Notes: generated by a model from the sequence alone, not told the origin. 63,224 nucleotides of DNA, filler included, from Atractiella rhizophila (GCA_021432655.1; 4 parts of 4 records of this genome joined end to end with filler, not necessarily neighbours in it); one strand, 5' to 3'; counted from the first letter of the whole stretch, positions 13,032 through 26,632 are shown. Made by a program: numbers and translations.

Positions 13032-16000
13032 ATGGCCCAATTCGACCCGTCGACGCCGTTTCCGCTTCCTTCGCCTTCTTCGTCCACCCGAATCACCCAC
13101 CAAACAGCGTACAAGCGCTTCTCTCCCTATCCACTCTCGAAGACTACCACCACACCTGCGCCTCATACGCTCTCCCAGTCTCTCAGTGCTTCGATCGGCG
13201 TCAATGGTGTTAATGCTCTGGGAAGGAACGGGAGGAGCTCATTGTCGAACTCATGGCGCGTCGATGGAACTGCAAATGTCGTAGGAGGCAAAGAGAGTCC
13301 AAGTGTGGACAAGGAGCTTCGACGACTATCTAGGGAGAAAGAGAGGTACGATCATCAGAGCGAGGAGGTGTTGGATGCGCTTGACGACGTGAAAGAGCGC
13401 GCGTTGGAGGCTTTGAGAGGGTCGGGGAGGAAGGGGAGGGTCTCCTTTGTTACGAATGCGGCTAATGGGGCTGCGTCCACTTCGACGATTTTGTCCTCCG
13501 TTAGGAAGAGTGGGGGTGTCGTGGCACAGTCTCCGTTCTTTCGATTCAGCTTGGGTGGGAGGAAGTCACTCTCGTCCTCTGTTGAAGCTTCTCCCAACAC
13601 ACGTGCGATTCAAGTCGAGTCCCCGAGTGGTGGAATGGTCGAAGGGAGGAACAAGAGACGGCTAGGGGAGGAACAAGAGGAACACGAAATATCGGTTGAG
13701 GTGTATGAGAGGAAGAAGGCTCGTTTGTTGAATGATCACGGTGGACTGGTACATGTTGAACGAGAAGATGAGAGGTACGCTTGTTCTCATTTCTTGTGTA
13801 GAAGTTGGTTTAGGTTAAATCCTGCATCGTAGGGTCCAAGTGGAAGAAGATCATCAAATCAATGGAACTGGCGTCAGGCCCCCAGCGTCAGCGCTTCTAA
13901 AAGAAGAACTAAGTATGCAAGATGGCTCAGGAGAAGAAGAGGACGAGTTAGACCTCATCCAGACTCCTGCCATGACAGGAGAAGAAAATAAGTGCGTGTC
14001 ATTGCATTATAGAGAGTGTGTTGTTGACAATCAATGGCATAGTGCGGAGCAACCTACAACTCCAATTGATGAAGACGTCCTTCCACCAGTTGAGATCGAG
14101 AGCCCACATAAGGTATCGCCTCGAAAAATACCGACAGAGACTCTGTCGCCTCCTCCACTCCGTCTTCGCACCGAAGAAGACGGTACAGCAGAGGTGGCTG
14201 ATGCAGGAAATGATGATGACGAGATACTTTCCATCGATGGTTCATCTCCCTCTTCCGATCAATCTCAACCAATTCGACCACCTCGCTCTGAAAGGAAGAG
14301 GAGGAAGAGAGAGAAGGTGGTCATGAAGCGGGTGGGAGGAGCGGAGGTAGAGTTTTTGGAGGACGCGACGACAGCGGATGAGATGGAGGAGATTGGAGAT
14401 GAATTTGAAGGAAGGATTGGGGAGGGAGTAGGGAGGAGGTTGGAGATGGATGCTAGGGTCGAGAAACATTATTCCGCTTCGAATTATCAGAAACGAAAGA
14501 GATTGGAAAGGTATGAAGAATCGCAGGAGGAGGATTATGTCGTGTCTGGATCGGAGGTGGAGGAGGAGGAAGAAGGGGGAGAGGGCACGGAGGGTGAGGG
14601 TACGGAGGCCAGTTTGGAGATTTGGAGAGGGAGCAAGATTCCTTATTCTGTCAAGGAGAAATGGGTCGCTCCTCCCACCTCCCAGTTGTCACCGTCACGG
14701 GCACAGGTCAGCCCACGACAGTCGCCGTCGCAATCTCAATTGACTTCCAAATCTCCGCGAGCTTCTAAACCCAGAGAAGAGGAAGTGGAGGAAGAAGATG
14801 TGGAAGAGGAGGAGGAGGAAGCTGTCCTGGTGATGGACAGTGTGGTGGATGCTGACGAGGAGGAAGAAGACGATGATGAGGATGAGGAGGAAACGATCGA
14901 TCTCACTCGCCTAGTGAGGTATTCTACGCATGGACAAAGTAGTCAGTTCACGATGGAGGATATGGAGGATATGGATCGGCAACGTTTGATTTTAGAGGAA
15001 TTTGAGAGAAGGGCGAGAGCTGCTGTTGAAGGAGGAGAAGATGCCGGTGAGAGTGGGGAGGAGGACGAATTGGAGGATTGGGACGAGGGAGAGGATGGAT
15101 CGAGAGTGAAGATCAATGGGATTAGGTGGAGGAGCACTAGTGAGGAGGAGTTGAGTTTGGAGGAGGGGATGGAGCAGTTGGAGAGGGAGTTGGAGGAGTT
15201 AGAGAGAGAGAAGAATAGGAGGGACGACGAGGAGTATAGGCGAGAGGGAGAGATGGAGGTTGAGGAGACACGAATAGAGGCTGGAGAAGAAGTAGACGGG
15301 ATGCAGTTGCTTCTTCAAGCCGCGCAGGTTCGTCTTTCCACATGCATCAATTGATTTTATTTGAAGAAAAAGAGGCTAATTACATATAACAGGAGGGTAA
15401 CGAGGGGATGGAGACGAATCTCCAGGATCTGGACATGCTCCATGTACCGAATTTGGACGAGTTCATTGATTCGCTTCCCTCCTCGTTTGACGATCCGGCA
15501 ACGGGCATGAGCCCTGCCGATATCCAGAAGATTATTGACAGCCTGGGAAACCAAGCCTCCTCCGAAGTTCGACCTACCGACGACACTGTCACTGCAACAG
15601 CAAGGTATGATGTGATGGATACTAGCCGGTTTAATCAAGAGGTGGAGGATTACATAAATTCCCTCGATACAACTGGAATGGCTGAATTTTCAGTGGAGGT
15701 TGAGGACTTCTCTTTGGTGCACACGTCGGGAGGGATGACCTACGGCCAGTTCGCGGACATTGATGCTTCAGCTGGCATCGGCGCAGATACGGATGCTAGA
15801 GAAGGGTTCAGGCCGAATGTAGAGTCGGGAGGGGAAGAGGGAGATGTGGAGATGGGGAAAGTGGAAAAACGAATCTCCGGTCCTTTGCAGCTATTGGAAG
15901 AGGAAGCATTCGTCACGCCGTCTCACCTTGCACCTGAGGAGGAACCGACCACCCCAGTCAAAGTCTCACACTCACACTTGGAGCTGGAGGTGGATGAACC

Positions 16001-19000
16001 GACCACCCCTTCTCCTGTCAAACGCAGTACCGATCTACGACGTATCTCACTCTCACCTTCTTTCGAACACCGTCCGCCTGTTCAAGAGGAACAGGATGAA
16101 ACAGTTATTGTTCAAGACGTGATGGAAGAGGTTGGAGATGAAGCGGAGGGAGGGGATAAAGAGCGTGCCTCGACTATTGCTGACGGTTCAAATGTCGACC
16201 TCACACCAGATTTGCTACCTGAACAGTTGCGTACTCCAACTCTGTCGACCCCTGAGGCAACGGAGAGATCCCAAGATGTTCCTTTGGTCCAGGAAGGGAA
16301 GGAAGACCAAGCGCCCAACCAGTATTCAGCCAGCGAAGAAGGAATCGCCGGCGCGAACGGTAATCTGAAACAACCTACGCCTGCCATCGAACAATCCATT
16401 CAACAAGATGTTGAAAGCGGGTTGCATGAACCTTTGACTACGCCCTCTACCGCTGATTCGACAACACAGCCCGATGAAACCATAGTATCTGTCATTACGG
16501 AGGAAATTCCTCAACCTGTTGTCGAGCTTATCAGTTCACAATCAGCTGTAGTAGAGTATGAAGAAGGGGCCAATGGCGAAGTAGAGGCAGGAGAGGTACC
16601 TGCGGCGAGAGCAGTTAGAACGGGACTACCTGGCGCTGGAGAGGAAGAACTATCTTCGAAACTCACGACTCATGATACAGCTCAACCTTTTGCTGAGGTT
16701 GCCCTTCCATCTGGGTTGGATGCTGACCAGGGACTCCGGACACCTCTTTTGACCACGGAGGATGTACCTCGACCCATTGTCGAAGTCCCAGCTTCATCTG
16801 GTCTCCCGATTGCTGCAGAAGCAGAGGCGGCGGAGAACTCCTCTCGACACACGACCGATGAGTTGCCCTTACCAGTCGTTGAAATCTCAACTAGTACGGG
16901 TTCTGGTTTAGCGATGGATGTCGATTTCGAGCCAGCAATCACGGGTGACCTACCGCATCCTGTGGTAGTTGTTGCCGCAGGCGCTGAACCTGCACTCGCC
17001 CCATCAAATCTGCCGGCTACCAAATCCCCACGATCGACCGTCATTAAGGATCCTACTCCTTCATGCGTTGAGCTGCCGGAAGTTCAGTTGGTCGTTGAAG
17101 CTCCTTCGACTCCTGAAGCCGTGGAGGAAGTTCCGAAGGAGGATTTGTCTTCAGTCCAACCTTTACCTGGTTCAACAAACACATCTGTCATTGTGGAAAG
17201 ATCACTGGAATCCATCACCTCAGTTACTACGAATGCACTAAGTCCTACAGCGAAGACCTCCAGACGCTCTCGAAAAAGTGTTTTTCATGACACGCATAAC
17301 GAACTCCTTCCAGTCAGTCCTAGTCGTATGACGAGGTCTCAGGCAAAAAAAGACGCGAGCAATCCTTCCACGCCACAGCCATCTTTGCTTGTAGATGTTG
17401 CCCCTGGCTCTCCATCCACATCCTCCACCTCCACAGTTGCCGCGGCGGTGACGAAAATACCAAGTCGAGGCAAGAAAGGACAGATTGCTGACTTGGTCGA
17501 CGATGAAACGGGCGAGGCTCAGATATCGTTAAAGAGAAAAACGGCTAGCACGTGTATGTGTTTGCTCGTGCTGACGAAGATAGTTCTGATTGATGTTTAG
17601 CACGAGCTTCGAGAGGTCGAAAGAGCAGAGCTGTTCCTCATCATGGAAGAAAATCCGTGAAAGCGAAGACCGAGGAGGACCAATCAAATAACGTACCTTC
17701 ACCAACACCTTCTGCTAGCCGCGCTGACGTTCCACCGTCGAAAGCTTCCTCCTCTAACTCTAGCGTATCCCAACCTCGGCAAGGTGAACAGGAAGAATCG
17801 GCTATAGAAGCATCATCCCCAGGTTCAAATAAGGGACCGCAGGTCAAACGCAAAGGTCGACCTAAAAGGCAGGATCTAACATATCGACCTGAAGCTGGAG
17901 AGGAGAGCTCGACGGATGAAGCAGAGGAGGCACGAGCAGCCAAAACGAAAAAACTCAAAAAAGTAGACGAGCTACCTGTAGAGGATAAAATAGTCAATGC
18001 TAGGGGGAAAAGGCGACGAAAAGCGAAGGGAGATGATACGTGGAAACCGACCCAAGCAGAAGAAGATTCGGATTCAGTCAATGATGAAGATACCCGACCA
18101 CGCAAACGGCCAAAGTTCAAGCGGGGAAACACTTCCACTGCGGCTAAATTGCTGTCTAAAGAGAACACTACCGATGGAGAGGCTCTAGCAAGCGAGTTGG
18201 CGCGTCCACTCCCAGAAAGGCCTAGCTTTCCTACACTCGTCAAATCGGTCTCCAGCTTCATACGACCCCGCTTGCATCACCACGGCGCTTCTGCCCCTGC
18301 AGCACCAGTAACTACTCCACTGATTGAAGTCGTGCACACTCCTTCGGAAGCTCCAGTGCTGAGTCGCCAGGCCACTTCTAACGGTTTACTCGCCGAAGAT
18401 GGAGCATCACGTCAGAATCAGGAGGATGAGCATATCAAACAAGCAGTTGTCCAGCCGCCGAGTTCCGAGCAAGTTATCATTCGGTACGAACCAAACATGC
18501 GAATCACCAGATCCCACTGCTTCTACGTCAAAATCGCGATTCCCTCAAGAATTAACCCTGATCGTCCTCCTTACTTATTCTTAGTTCCTCGATGTTCCCT
18601 TGTGAATGTTGATGAACTAGTACAGGGATTTCATGTAAAGGAGCTTGGGCCGGCGAATGAGACGGAGGAAGGGAACGCTGTTGGGCTTGGTGGGGAAGAG
18701 GACTGGCTGGAGAGCTGGGTGGAAGATGAAGTACTCGCAGTTCTGAAGAAAATTGTGGGAATGGACATATGGAGGGAAGGAAAGATTGAGGTTTGATGCT
18801 TCCTCCAGCGTCAGCCTCATCGTGCTTACCGCGCTTGCAGGTGTTGCCTCCGCCTGAGACGATTGATGGGACTCCGTTTGAGAACGACGTCTCAGTCGCT
18901 CCCGCCGATCTCGAGAAGGCGCACTCAGCCAACCTTGGGCCTATCATGTGGGAAGAAGCTGAAGTTGCGATGCCATCACCAACGGAAGACAAACACGTCT

Positions 19001-19461
19001 ACGTCTCTATCACAGACCAGGTGGATGGTTCCGCTCTCAATACCGACATTCATCTGCCATCCTCAAATCTGACTGGCGAATCCCCAGTTTTGACGCAACC
19101 CTCGCTATCGCCATCAGCAGGCGACGCGGATAACTTCCACCAAGATTCCAGGGACCTGAACGATTTAGGGACCACCCAAACGCAGTCATCTGTCGGTCGT
19201 CGAAGCACATCCCCTCTCAATACCTTTGTCTCTACAGACAAGAAAATGGTCTCCGAGGATACAACGAAGGGGGAACCTGATGTTCACTTGATCCACGACA
19301 ATCCGACGTCAGTCAAGGAACTTAAGGAAGCCATTGTAGATCCAACACTTCAAGAGCCACAAAAAATTGTGGAAAGTGATGAAGCAGGAACTGCGCCATC
19401 GTCCCTCCCTACACTAACCTCACAGCCAAGAAGAGGATGGTTGCCGTGGAGAAGAAAGTGA
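13032..19461 (+). CDS. Very large (~2000 aa) acidic, Ser/Pro-rich, largely disordered protein with an AT-hook-like motif; probably one 6-exon gene
   Basis: Track ORFs 13032-13832, 13840-15354, 15408-17600, 17657-18796 and 18793-19461 join in frame through short GT-AG introns near 13775, 13993, 15329, 17554 and 18791; contains KRKGRPKR and NLS-like runs. Confidence 0.72.
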
Positions 19462-20092
19462 TGGGCCGCTGTCAAATAGTCCACTTATCTCTCTGTATAA
19501 GTTGATACCTTTGTCTTTTGAGCTTGTTTACATTCATCTGTCTGTAGTACATTTGACCAATCAAAACGTCCTAAGAGCTCTTCTTGTTCACGTGACCAGA
19601 TTGCGCCATGTTCATCAATGTGCATCAATCGAAAACTCTGTCACAACGTCGAAGCAAGGAGAATACGCAGGCACGTGCTGGAAGTGAATGATAGGACAAT
19701 CTGGTAAGCAGTTGTTTTATTCCAGTCATTAGAGCGGAAGGTGTGATGAAAAAGCTTCTTTCTACTTGAGATTTCAGAGCTCGACCGCGAGCAGAGATGT
19801 TAAATTTATCCTGCGTTATTTATCTGATCTTTCCATTCGTTTATCCTGGAGATGTGATCAATTGAAGCTAACTTTTCTATTTGCAGGGACAGAGTTGCGG
19901 AGCACTCTGGTTTGTCCAGTATTTACCTCACATACTATGAACTATACTTGCAATATGAATCAGCCTATCCTCCAACTCTATGTTTGTGGCCTTGCTACAG
20001 AGATATAACAAAGACCGGTGTAAGTAGAATGGGCCCGCACGTCTCTACGCGACAGCAGAGCGCCACGGTAATTGATACCCAGAGGCGTATCC

Positions 20093-21474
20093 TCACTTTC
20101 CATCCTCTTCCTGTTGGGTGACAGGAAAGTTCTCCAACAGCTCCTCCCAAGTTTCATTACCAACCGTTTGGGTTGAGGAGGCTGCAGATGCGCGAGAAGT
20201 TTCGGGCCATGGCGAACTTTCTACTGTATCCAGATATGAGACGTCCAGATCCGGAGCTTTCGATGGACTGAAGTTGTTTGTATCGAGCATCGTAATGCTG
20301 TCGCTAGCTGTCGCAGTCGTGGTGTTCACAGGTGGTATAGATCCAAAAATTAGATCCAATGTTGCGTCGTCAAATATCACTTTTGAACTTGACCCTGAGC
20401 TGGTTTTTTTTGTGGCAGTTGCTAACGGCACAAGGTCTGAGATAGCACTCTGATTCTGTTGAACAGAATGCATGGATACAGTGACTTCGGGTTCAAAGCT
20501 ACACTTGTGCTTCTTCTTGGACGCCGCACAGGTGACGCATGCAATGCCCGTGTTTGGTTGCACTCCCGGAGGCAGATGGCATTTGCGTTTCTTGTTGTGG
20601 CAGAGATCTGTTGACCGGTAAATGCTATAAAGTTAGTCCATAAAAAGATAGGAGCGTGAAAGACTAACCACAAGCTGTCCTTCTTTTCGATTTTGTTTCC
20701 AAGGTTGGATTTGCAAAAGCATGGCTGGTGGATGCGACGATAGGGATGGGCACGTTCACGTATGGATCCACCGAAAGCGATGGTTGGGACGGAGATGGTA
20801 ATGCCGACGCTGTCTCAAAACTGCAGTGTTGCTGGCGATCAACGCATCTGTTGCAAGGCGTACCATCGTTGATTTGTTTGCCGGGAGGCAGAGCGCACTT
20901 AACTCTGCGTTTGTTGCAGTAATCTGTTGTACATTAGCTCATTGATTTCCGGGAGGGAAGAACGTACAACATGTCCTCTGCGGCATGACTCTTCTCTTTA
21001 TTTCTTGAGTTGAGCTTTGTGGTATGGGGGGAGGCACAAAAGATGTCATCGCCGTCATGTATGTCAAAGCATCACCGCTTGGCACTCCTTCTTCCACTCG
21101 TGACGACGATAGATAAGTTGCCGTGTTAACCATGTTGTCCAGTCTATCCAAAGCTGCAGCAGTAGGAAAGCTGAACGGGCTGTGGCTTGACGAAGAGGGC
21201 CAAGTGCTTTCATCGATGGCAGAGACATCAACGCTTCTACCGCTGTATGTGCATTGCAGACCCCTGCTTGTGCACCTCACGCATTTTGGAGAGCCTTTAG
21301 AGTCGAAGCAGCGGCTCGTGTCTACCTTGCATTGATCTTTTCCAACAGTGGTCAGCAGGGACAAGATATACGATTCTAGGACTTGCCACATCGGCGATTG
21401 TCGCTTGGATTAGGAGGGTTTCTCTCTCTCCCCTTCCGATTCCTGTGTCGCCCTCGCTGCGAAGACCGTCCCAT
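20093..21474 (-). CDS. Protein with three Zn(II)2Cys6 fungal binuclear clusters, 4 exons
   Basis: Spliced clusters CDQCKVDTSRCFDSKGSPKCVRCTSRGLQC, CYYCNKRRVKCALPPGKQINDGTPCNRCVDRQQHC and CDLCHNKKRKCHLPPGVQPNTGIACVTCAASKKKHKC; introns 21337-21386 (GC-AG), 20924-20967 and 20608-20668. Confidence 0.85.
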
Positions 21475-21649
21475 AGCGAGCAGAAGGGAGCGAACCCCTC
21501 GACCCTTAGAGCGTGGAAGTGCAACAACACTGAGAAGAGGTGTGTCGATGTATCGCGTTTCGAGCGATTCCGTCGTGTTGAGGTTTTTTCCTTGAAGGAG
21601 GGAGACGAGTGCTTGCAGCAGCGCTTGTTAATAGCGACCATTCCTGAAA

Positions 21650-22980
21650 GCCCTTGACATAAAGGACAGCGCATTTTCTTTTGCGCCAAAATGCGGATCG
21701 CGTTCCCTTTCACAAAGGAATGAAGGCCAATATCCATACCCTTGTTTAAAGCAAACAAGGGCTGTATATCCCCCCTTTGTTGGAGAACAATATTATGGGG
21801 CGGAAACACGTTCTCGAGTGTCTTACGCTCGACACCCATATGCACGGGAAGTTGTAATCCAGAGAGGAAAAGTGAGAGAATGGCCACAGCCAATGAGGAA
21901 AAGATTTCGGGAAAGTTAAGAGCATCCCAACGGTAGTCATCGTCATAGTTTTTGGGGACGATGTACTTGAATTCGTCCAGTGCTGCATTCTTTGTTAGCT
22001 TTGGGAACGATCAACAATCAGTGTTCGTACCTGGATAAAGACATGCTACTTCGGATTACTCACCAGTTGTTGCTGAACTTTTGACCTGTAATAGACCCAA
22101 TGTCGATGTCGCCATCTCCATTTCATTTTTTTTTCACGCACCGAGGTCGTAGATCCCAGTAGAGATCGACTGATCTGACAGAGGAAAAGTCTGTAATCAG
22201 CAGGTGGGACTCTCAATTGGAACATTCTTCTCGACCCGGACGAATCCTTCATAGAAGTTGGCGGAAGAGAACTGGGACAGTAGCTTTTCGAAAGGCTGAC
22301 AATTCGACGGAGAGGTAGTTTAAAGTCGACGGTCCCCATATGTTCTCGTTACCACGCATTCCACGAAGCGAGTCTACTGTTCGAGTGTTCGAATTGGACG
22401 CAGATGAGCGTCCATTCTTGCGGACAGGTGCCACTGTTGCCTTGTCAGGTTTCCGAGAAGGGATCTGCAAGGGACCTGGTGAGGAATTTCAGTGAGTACC
22501 AATAATTACGTAGCAGTTGTAACAACGAGAGACAGACCAAACGTATTTGGTGAGCGTTTTGAACGATGTAGCTCGTATGTTAGAAGCCGAAAGGAGACTG
22601 GGTTCTTGATCAAATATTGACATCAACTCCAACCACAACCTGCGAGAATTGCTCGATTCTTCCTGTAATATCTAACATCCGCTAAACAAGTCTTACTTGC
22701 ACATAGGCCTGTAAACTTCTATGTGCCCCAATGCATCGCTTTTGTCCACAAAGATAAGCCACGTATAACTGAACCTCATCGAAGGACGCCAAGATTGCTC
22801 TGTCAAACTTTGCATAAGAACCGAAGTCATGAAGAAGCGCACAGCAGGGGTTCTTATGTCCTTCGTGTCCTTCCGCGGACGCGTCCTACACCTACATTCA
22901 GCTTGGTGCAGACGAACTTTCACGCAAAGGAAGCTTCATTTAAAGCTCCACCCCACAACTTCACTCGCGTGAGCATGCAT
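21650..22980 (-). CDS. Possible multi-exon hypothetical gene; boundaries uncertain
   Basis: Open stretches joined by plausible short introns (...HRSLQAYVQ|gtaaga...tacag|EESSNSRRLWLELMSIFDQEP...); no recognisable domain. Confidence 0.3.
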
Positions 22981-23310
22981 ATGAAAAACAACCAGCCAAA
23001 ACAAGAGAGAATTCGAGCGTCAGTCTACCCACGTCGTTGAGCTCGCTAGCGCTCCTTATGAACCGGGCAGGAATGAGACTTCAACGCGCTTTAGCAGATT
23101 ATATCATTTAAATTGGCAAAAGAAGCCTCGAAAGACTCTCAAGAGCTTCTTCCTTGGGGTTATGCGGAATTGGGAGTTCAAAAGGAAAGTAGTCAACGCC
23201 AGCGCACAATGAAATCGGAACCAGCCGAAGAGTCACTCACGGCGACTCGATCATTTTCTCTTCTTATGAGATCCTGCTTGAAATCTCGCTAACAGGACGG
23301 CCAATATACC

Positions 23311-23478
23311 ATGTCTGAAGCGCTAGGGTCTACAATACCCGCTCTCGAACGACACGCTGTGTCCGTGAGCCTGCCAACGTGGAAAGATGTGGTTGACTAC
23401 GAGTTGGGGGAGAAGAGGGTGATCGGGAGCATGAACAGTGGGTATCCGAGGTTTTTTTGGCATCAGGATGTTCAAAAG
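23311..23478 (+). CDS. First exon of fungal cystathionine gamma-synthase (STR2-like); the rest is not seen before the segment end
   Basis: MSEALGSTIPALERHAVSVSLPTWKDVVDYELGEKRVIGSMNSGYPRFFWHQDVQK matches the HAVSVSLPTW...GYPRFF N-terminal signature and is followed by the donor GTGTGT. Confidence 0.8.
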
Positions 23479-24508
23479 GTGTGTCATTCTTGTTTTAAGG
23501 AGAATAAGTGGAAGTGTAATGAGCTTCTGTATTCTGTGTCGGCGGAGTCATAATGCTTCATGCTTTATTTGTGTCGTCAAGTTTCTTGAGGTTGCAAATA
23601 TTGAATATGTGTCGATAGATATTTATGGGGATCAAAAATGTTGAAAGCAAAGAGGCTCTTCAGGAGCCCCTTTCCTCCGTCAACCCTGCAAACTTAGCTA
23701 TGTGTTGGGCATATTTCTATAGCTTTGCTTCAAATCAAAAGGGAAATATGTAGTAACACGAACTTATGAATAAGTGTGTCCCTTTCTTACACTGAGCTAG
23801 GAAGCGGCACAGCTTCTTTGTCCCTATTTCAAAGTTCAGACCAAAAAGGGGTTGTACGTGATTGATAATGATCCAGTTATCTATCCCGTCTTTTTGATCA
23901 TCGTGCTCGGATTATTTCATTTGTCAGGTATCGACTCGAGATTTCTCGTTTGTTCTCACCATCATTTAGCTCCCATGCAATCATCTAATCCAAGAATAAT
24001 GTGGTTATCTTGCATCTGCTCTCGAAAGGCAGTGGTTGTGATGACTTTCTGTGTCCTTAAATTGATACAGTAAGTCTGTCAATGTAGCTGTTCTCCATCC
24101 GTGAGATTCTTTGTTGCCTTTTTTGGTGCGCTGGCCAGATAAAACGATTAGCGCGTCCCATTGTTATCTGCCAACTTCGCACGAGTTTTCTCTCATACCG
24201 CTTATGAGCTTCAAAGGGAAAATGGCTGGAATGTGAGTGCCACTGAATGTCTTACCAGTCGTCATAACTTTCGTGACATGAAGGTCTGCTAGCGGGTTTG
24301 TTATTGGCACATTTTCTCCTGACACTACCTTTCGATACCTCAGATTGTTCGCGCTATTCAGTCATTTGTGTTGTCACAAGAAAAGCTTTGAATCTTCGCC
24401 ATGATTCTCAATCGCATTCTGCCACTACTCTGTTACGTGGGACCCAAGAGCTGACTTACTCCTCTCACGTCTGGGTTGATAGTTATGCCGCATCATCGAA
24501 ACCGAATA

Positions 24509-24608
24509 NNNNNNNNNNNNNNNNNNNNNNNNNNNNNNNNNNNNNNNNNNNNTTAATTAATTAANNNNNNNNNNNNNNNNNNNNNNNNNNNNNNNNNNNN
24601 NNNNNNNN
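24509..24608. other. Artificial contig linker
   Basis: 44 N + TTAATTAATTAA (stops in all six frames) + 44 N. Confidence 0.98.
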
Positions 24609-25575
24609 AGAGTTACAGTCCAATAATGTCATGAGCTATAGGACCAATGTTACATCATTGTTCTTTAAGCGAAGATGCAAGTTTTGGAACTGTACGCAAT
24701 TCGTAGAACAACTCGGATAGGCATTTTACATGGATTCCGTCATCTGCGAACGACAGTGTTCGAAAATCTCGGCAAATAGGCTTTCGGAACCCTACGATTC
24801 ACTTTAGATGGAGTAGTGAAGTAAATGCACTCTCCCATGTGTCATCCAGCATTCTCATGTAACATGGGGAAAAAAGAGGTTGCAAGGCTCATGGAATGAA
24901 CAAAAAGAAGCTGACCCTGCATATTTATGATGGCAAGAACACTTGATCCGCCATCATGAAACCAATAGGTGATGATATCCATCGTGAAGTTGGAAGCTAC
25001 AGGACTGATTATACTTCATGATTCTTTCAACTCATCAAACAAGTTTAGGAATTGTTGCACTCAAATATTGCGCTTTTCTGACTCGAGTTCACAGATCACT
25101 TGATAAAACGGACAAGGCAAGGCAAGGTTCAGCGGGAATGGCCAAGAAATAGGACTTTGTTCTGAGATGACTGTGCCAGTGGGAAGTATATCGTTACGGC
25201 GATGTTTTGATCCCACGAGTTGCAGCAACTCGACAAAAAGCCAGATGGCACTCCTAATCCGCAATGATTGTAGGTACGAACAGAGAGATAACTTATGTTC
25301 GTTCCCATCCGTCCTCGTCTCCTCCCTCCTTTCTACGGCAATACGCCACGTATGTGTCCAATCCAAACGAACGAATAGTTGGACTGAGATAGACTGGGTT
25401 AGATGTAGTCGGCCTACCCGATTACCGGATTTTTGATCAATAAACTTCGGACAGATAACCTCCAATCAATATTTCACATTGCGTTGACCAGTTAGTTATT
25501 GACGTTGAGAGAGGAATACGCGGATTCATAACATTTATAAGCACTGTCAAAAGCTGGTTTCAGGTCAACATAGGA

Positions 25576-26632
25576 ATGGATGACTCCTCACGCCCTCCAT
25601 CTTCAGACAAGCCCTTCCTCTCGTCCTGGGACCCGCCAACACCACTACCATCCTCTCCTCCGAACTCGCTTAGATTTCCTTCCAAATCGCCTTTGCACGA
25701 CCAAGTGTCGTTCGACAACCTCACTCCCCTCCCTCCGGGCTTCTTGAGCGCTCATGATGGCCAGGTTCTGCGGGTACGCCACATTCTTCCACACGGTTTG
25801 TGACAGCTTCCATTAATTATCTGAGAAGGAGGCAGAGCAAGCTGGAAAGCAAAGAGTGAGCAACCACAAAATGGTCGGCAACGTCCTTCTCGGTTTCGTC
25901 GCCGGCACTCTCCTCCTCGCACCTGCCCGCGCTTTCCCAAACAAACTCTTTCCCTTCAATCGTCTCTTCCGTGTCCCCCCTCACTGGTATCCACCCTCTG
26001 CTCAGCCACCAAGCGCGTTCGTGGAGAAATGGATCCAGCGTCGCATGTTTCTCAGAAGACTGAAATGGACGATGATCGGAGTCTTCGCCTGGTCAGTGGA
26101 CAGGCAATTCATCGCTCCCCTCTCCGGAATAAAGTTCGTCTCTACATCATTCCTTCCCCTTCTCTTTGTCTTCATCTCTCACATTCTGTATTTTACATGC
26201 TCACTGCTCATTCCCGGTGGTTGAATGGAACGCAGGAAACAGGATTCCTACTTCGCCTCGCACGCCCACGATCCATCCGCCATGATCACGATCGCGCAGC
26301 ATCAACGGATGCGTATGCATGCGCACAACGACGAGCGTGTCGAGCTATCCTTCAAGCAAATGAAGTCGGACTACCTCTGGATGAAGGAGGTGATGGGGGG
26401 AGCGGAGAATGTGCCTTCGGCGTCCAAGGTGCAGCTGATCACTGCCAAACTGATGCTGGATGTGAGGAGGAGGAACGCGGGCTTGTCGGCTGGGGTAGAG
26501 GGGAAGGAAGAGGATGAGGAACTTGTGAGAGAGGCAGAGGAGACGTTGGGCGAGGAAGAGAGACGAAAGGTTCAGAGTCTCGCAAAGATGAATGCAGATG
26601 TGACGGATTTGATGGAGAGGATGAAAAAATGA
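25576..26632 (+). CDS. Hypothetical membrane protein, ~3 exons
   Basis: Three ORFs linked by short introns; hydrophobic segments VGNVLLGFVAGTLLLAPA and LKWTMIGVFAWSV; charged C-terminus. Confidence 0.6.

Noticed and set aside
24553..24564. TTAATTAATTAA palindrome as a biological site
   Set aside because: It recurs identically inside fixed-length N runs, so it is a synthetic all-frame-stop linker
24609..25500. Possible degenerate coding or TE sequence after the first linker
   Set aside because: Multiple stops and no identifiable domain by eye
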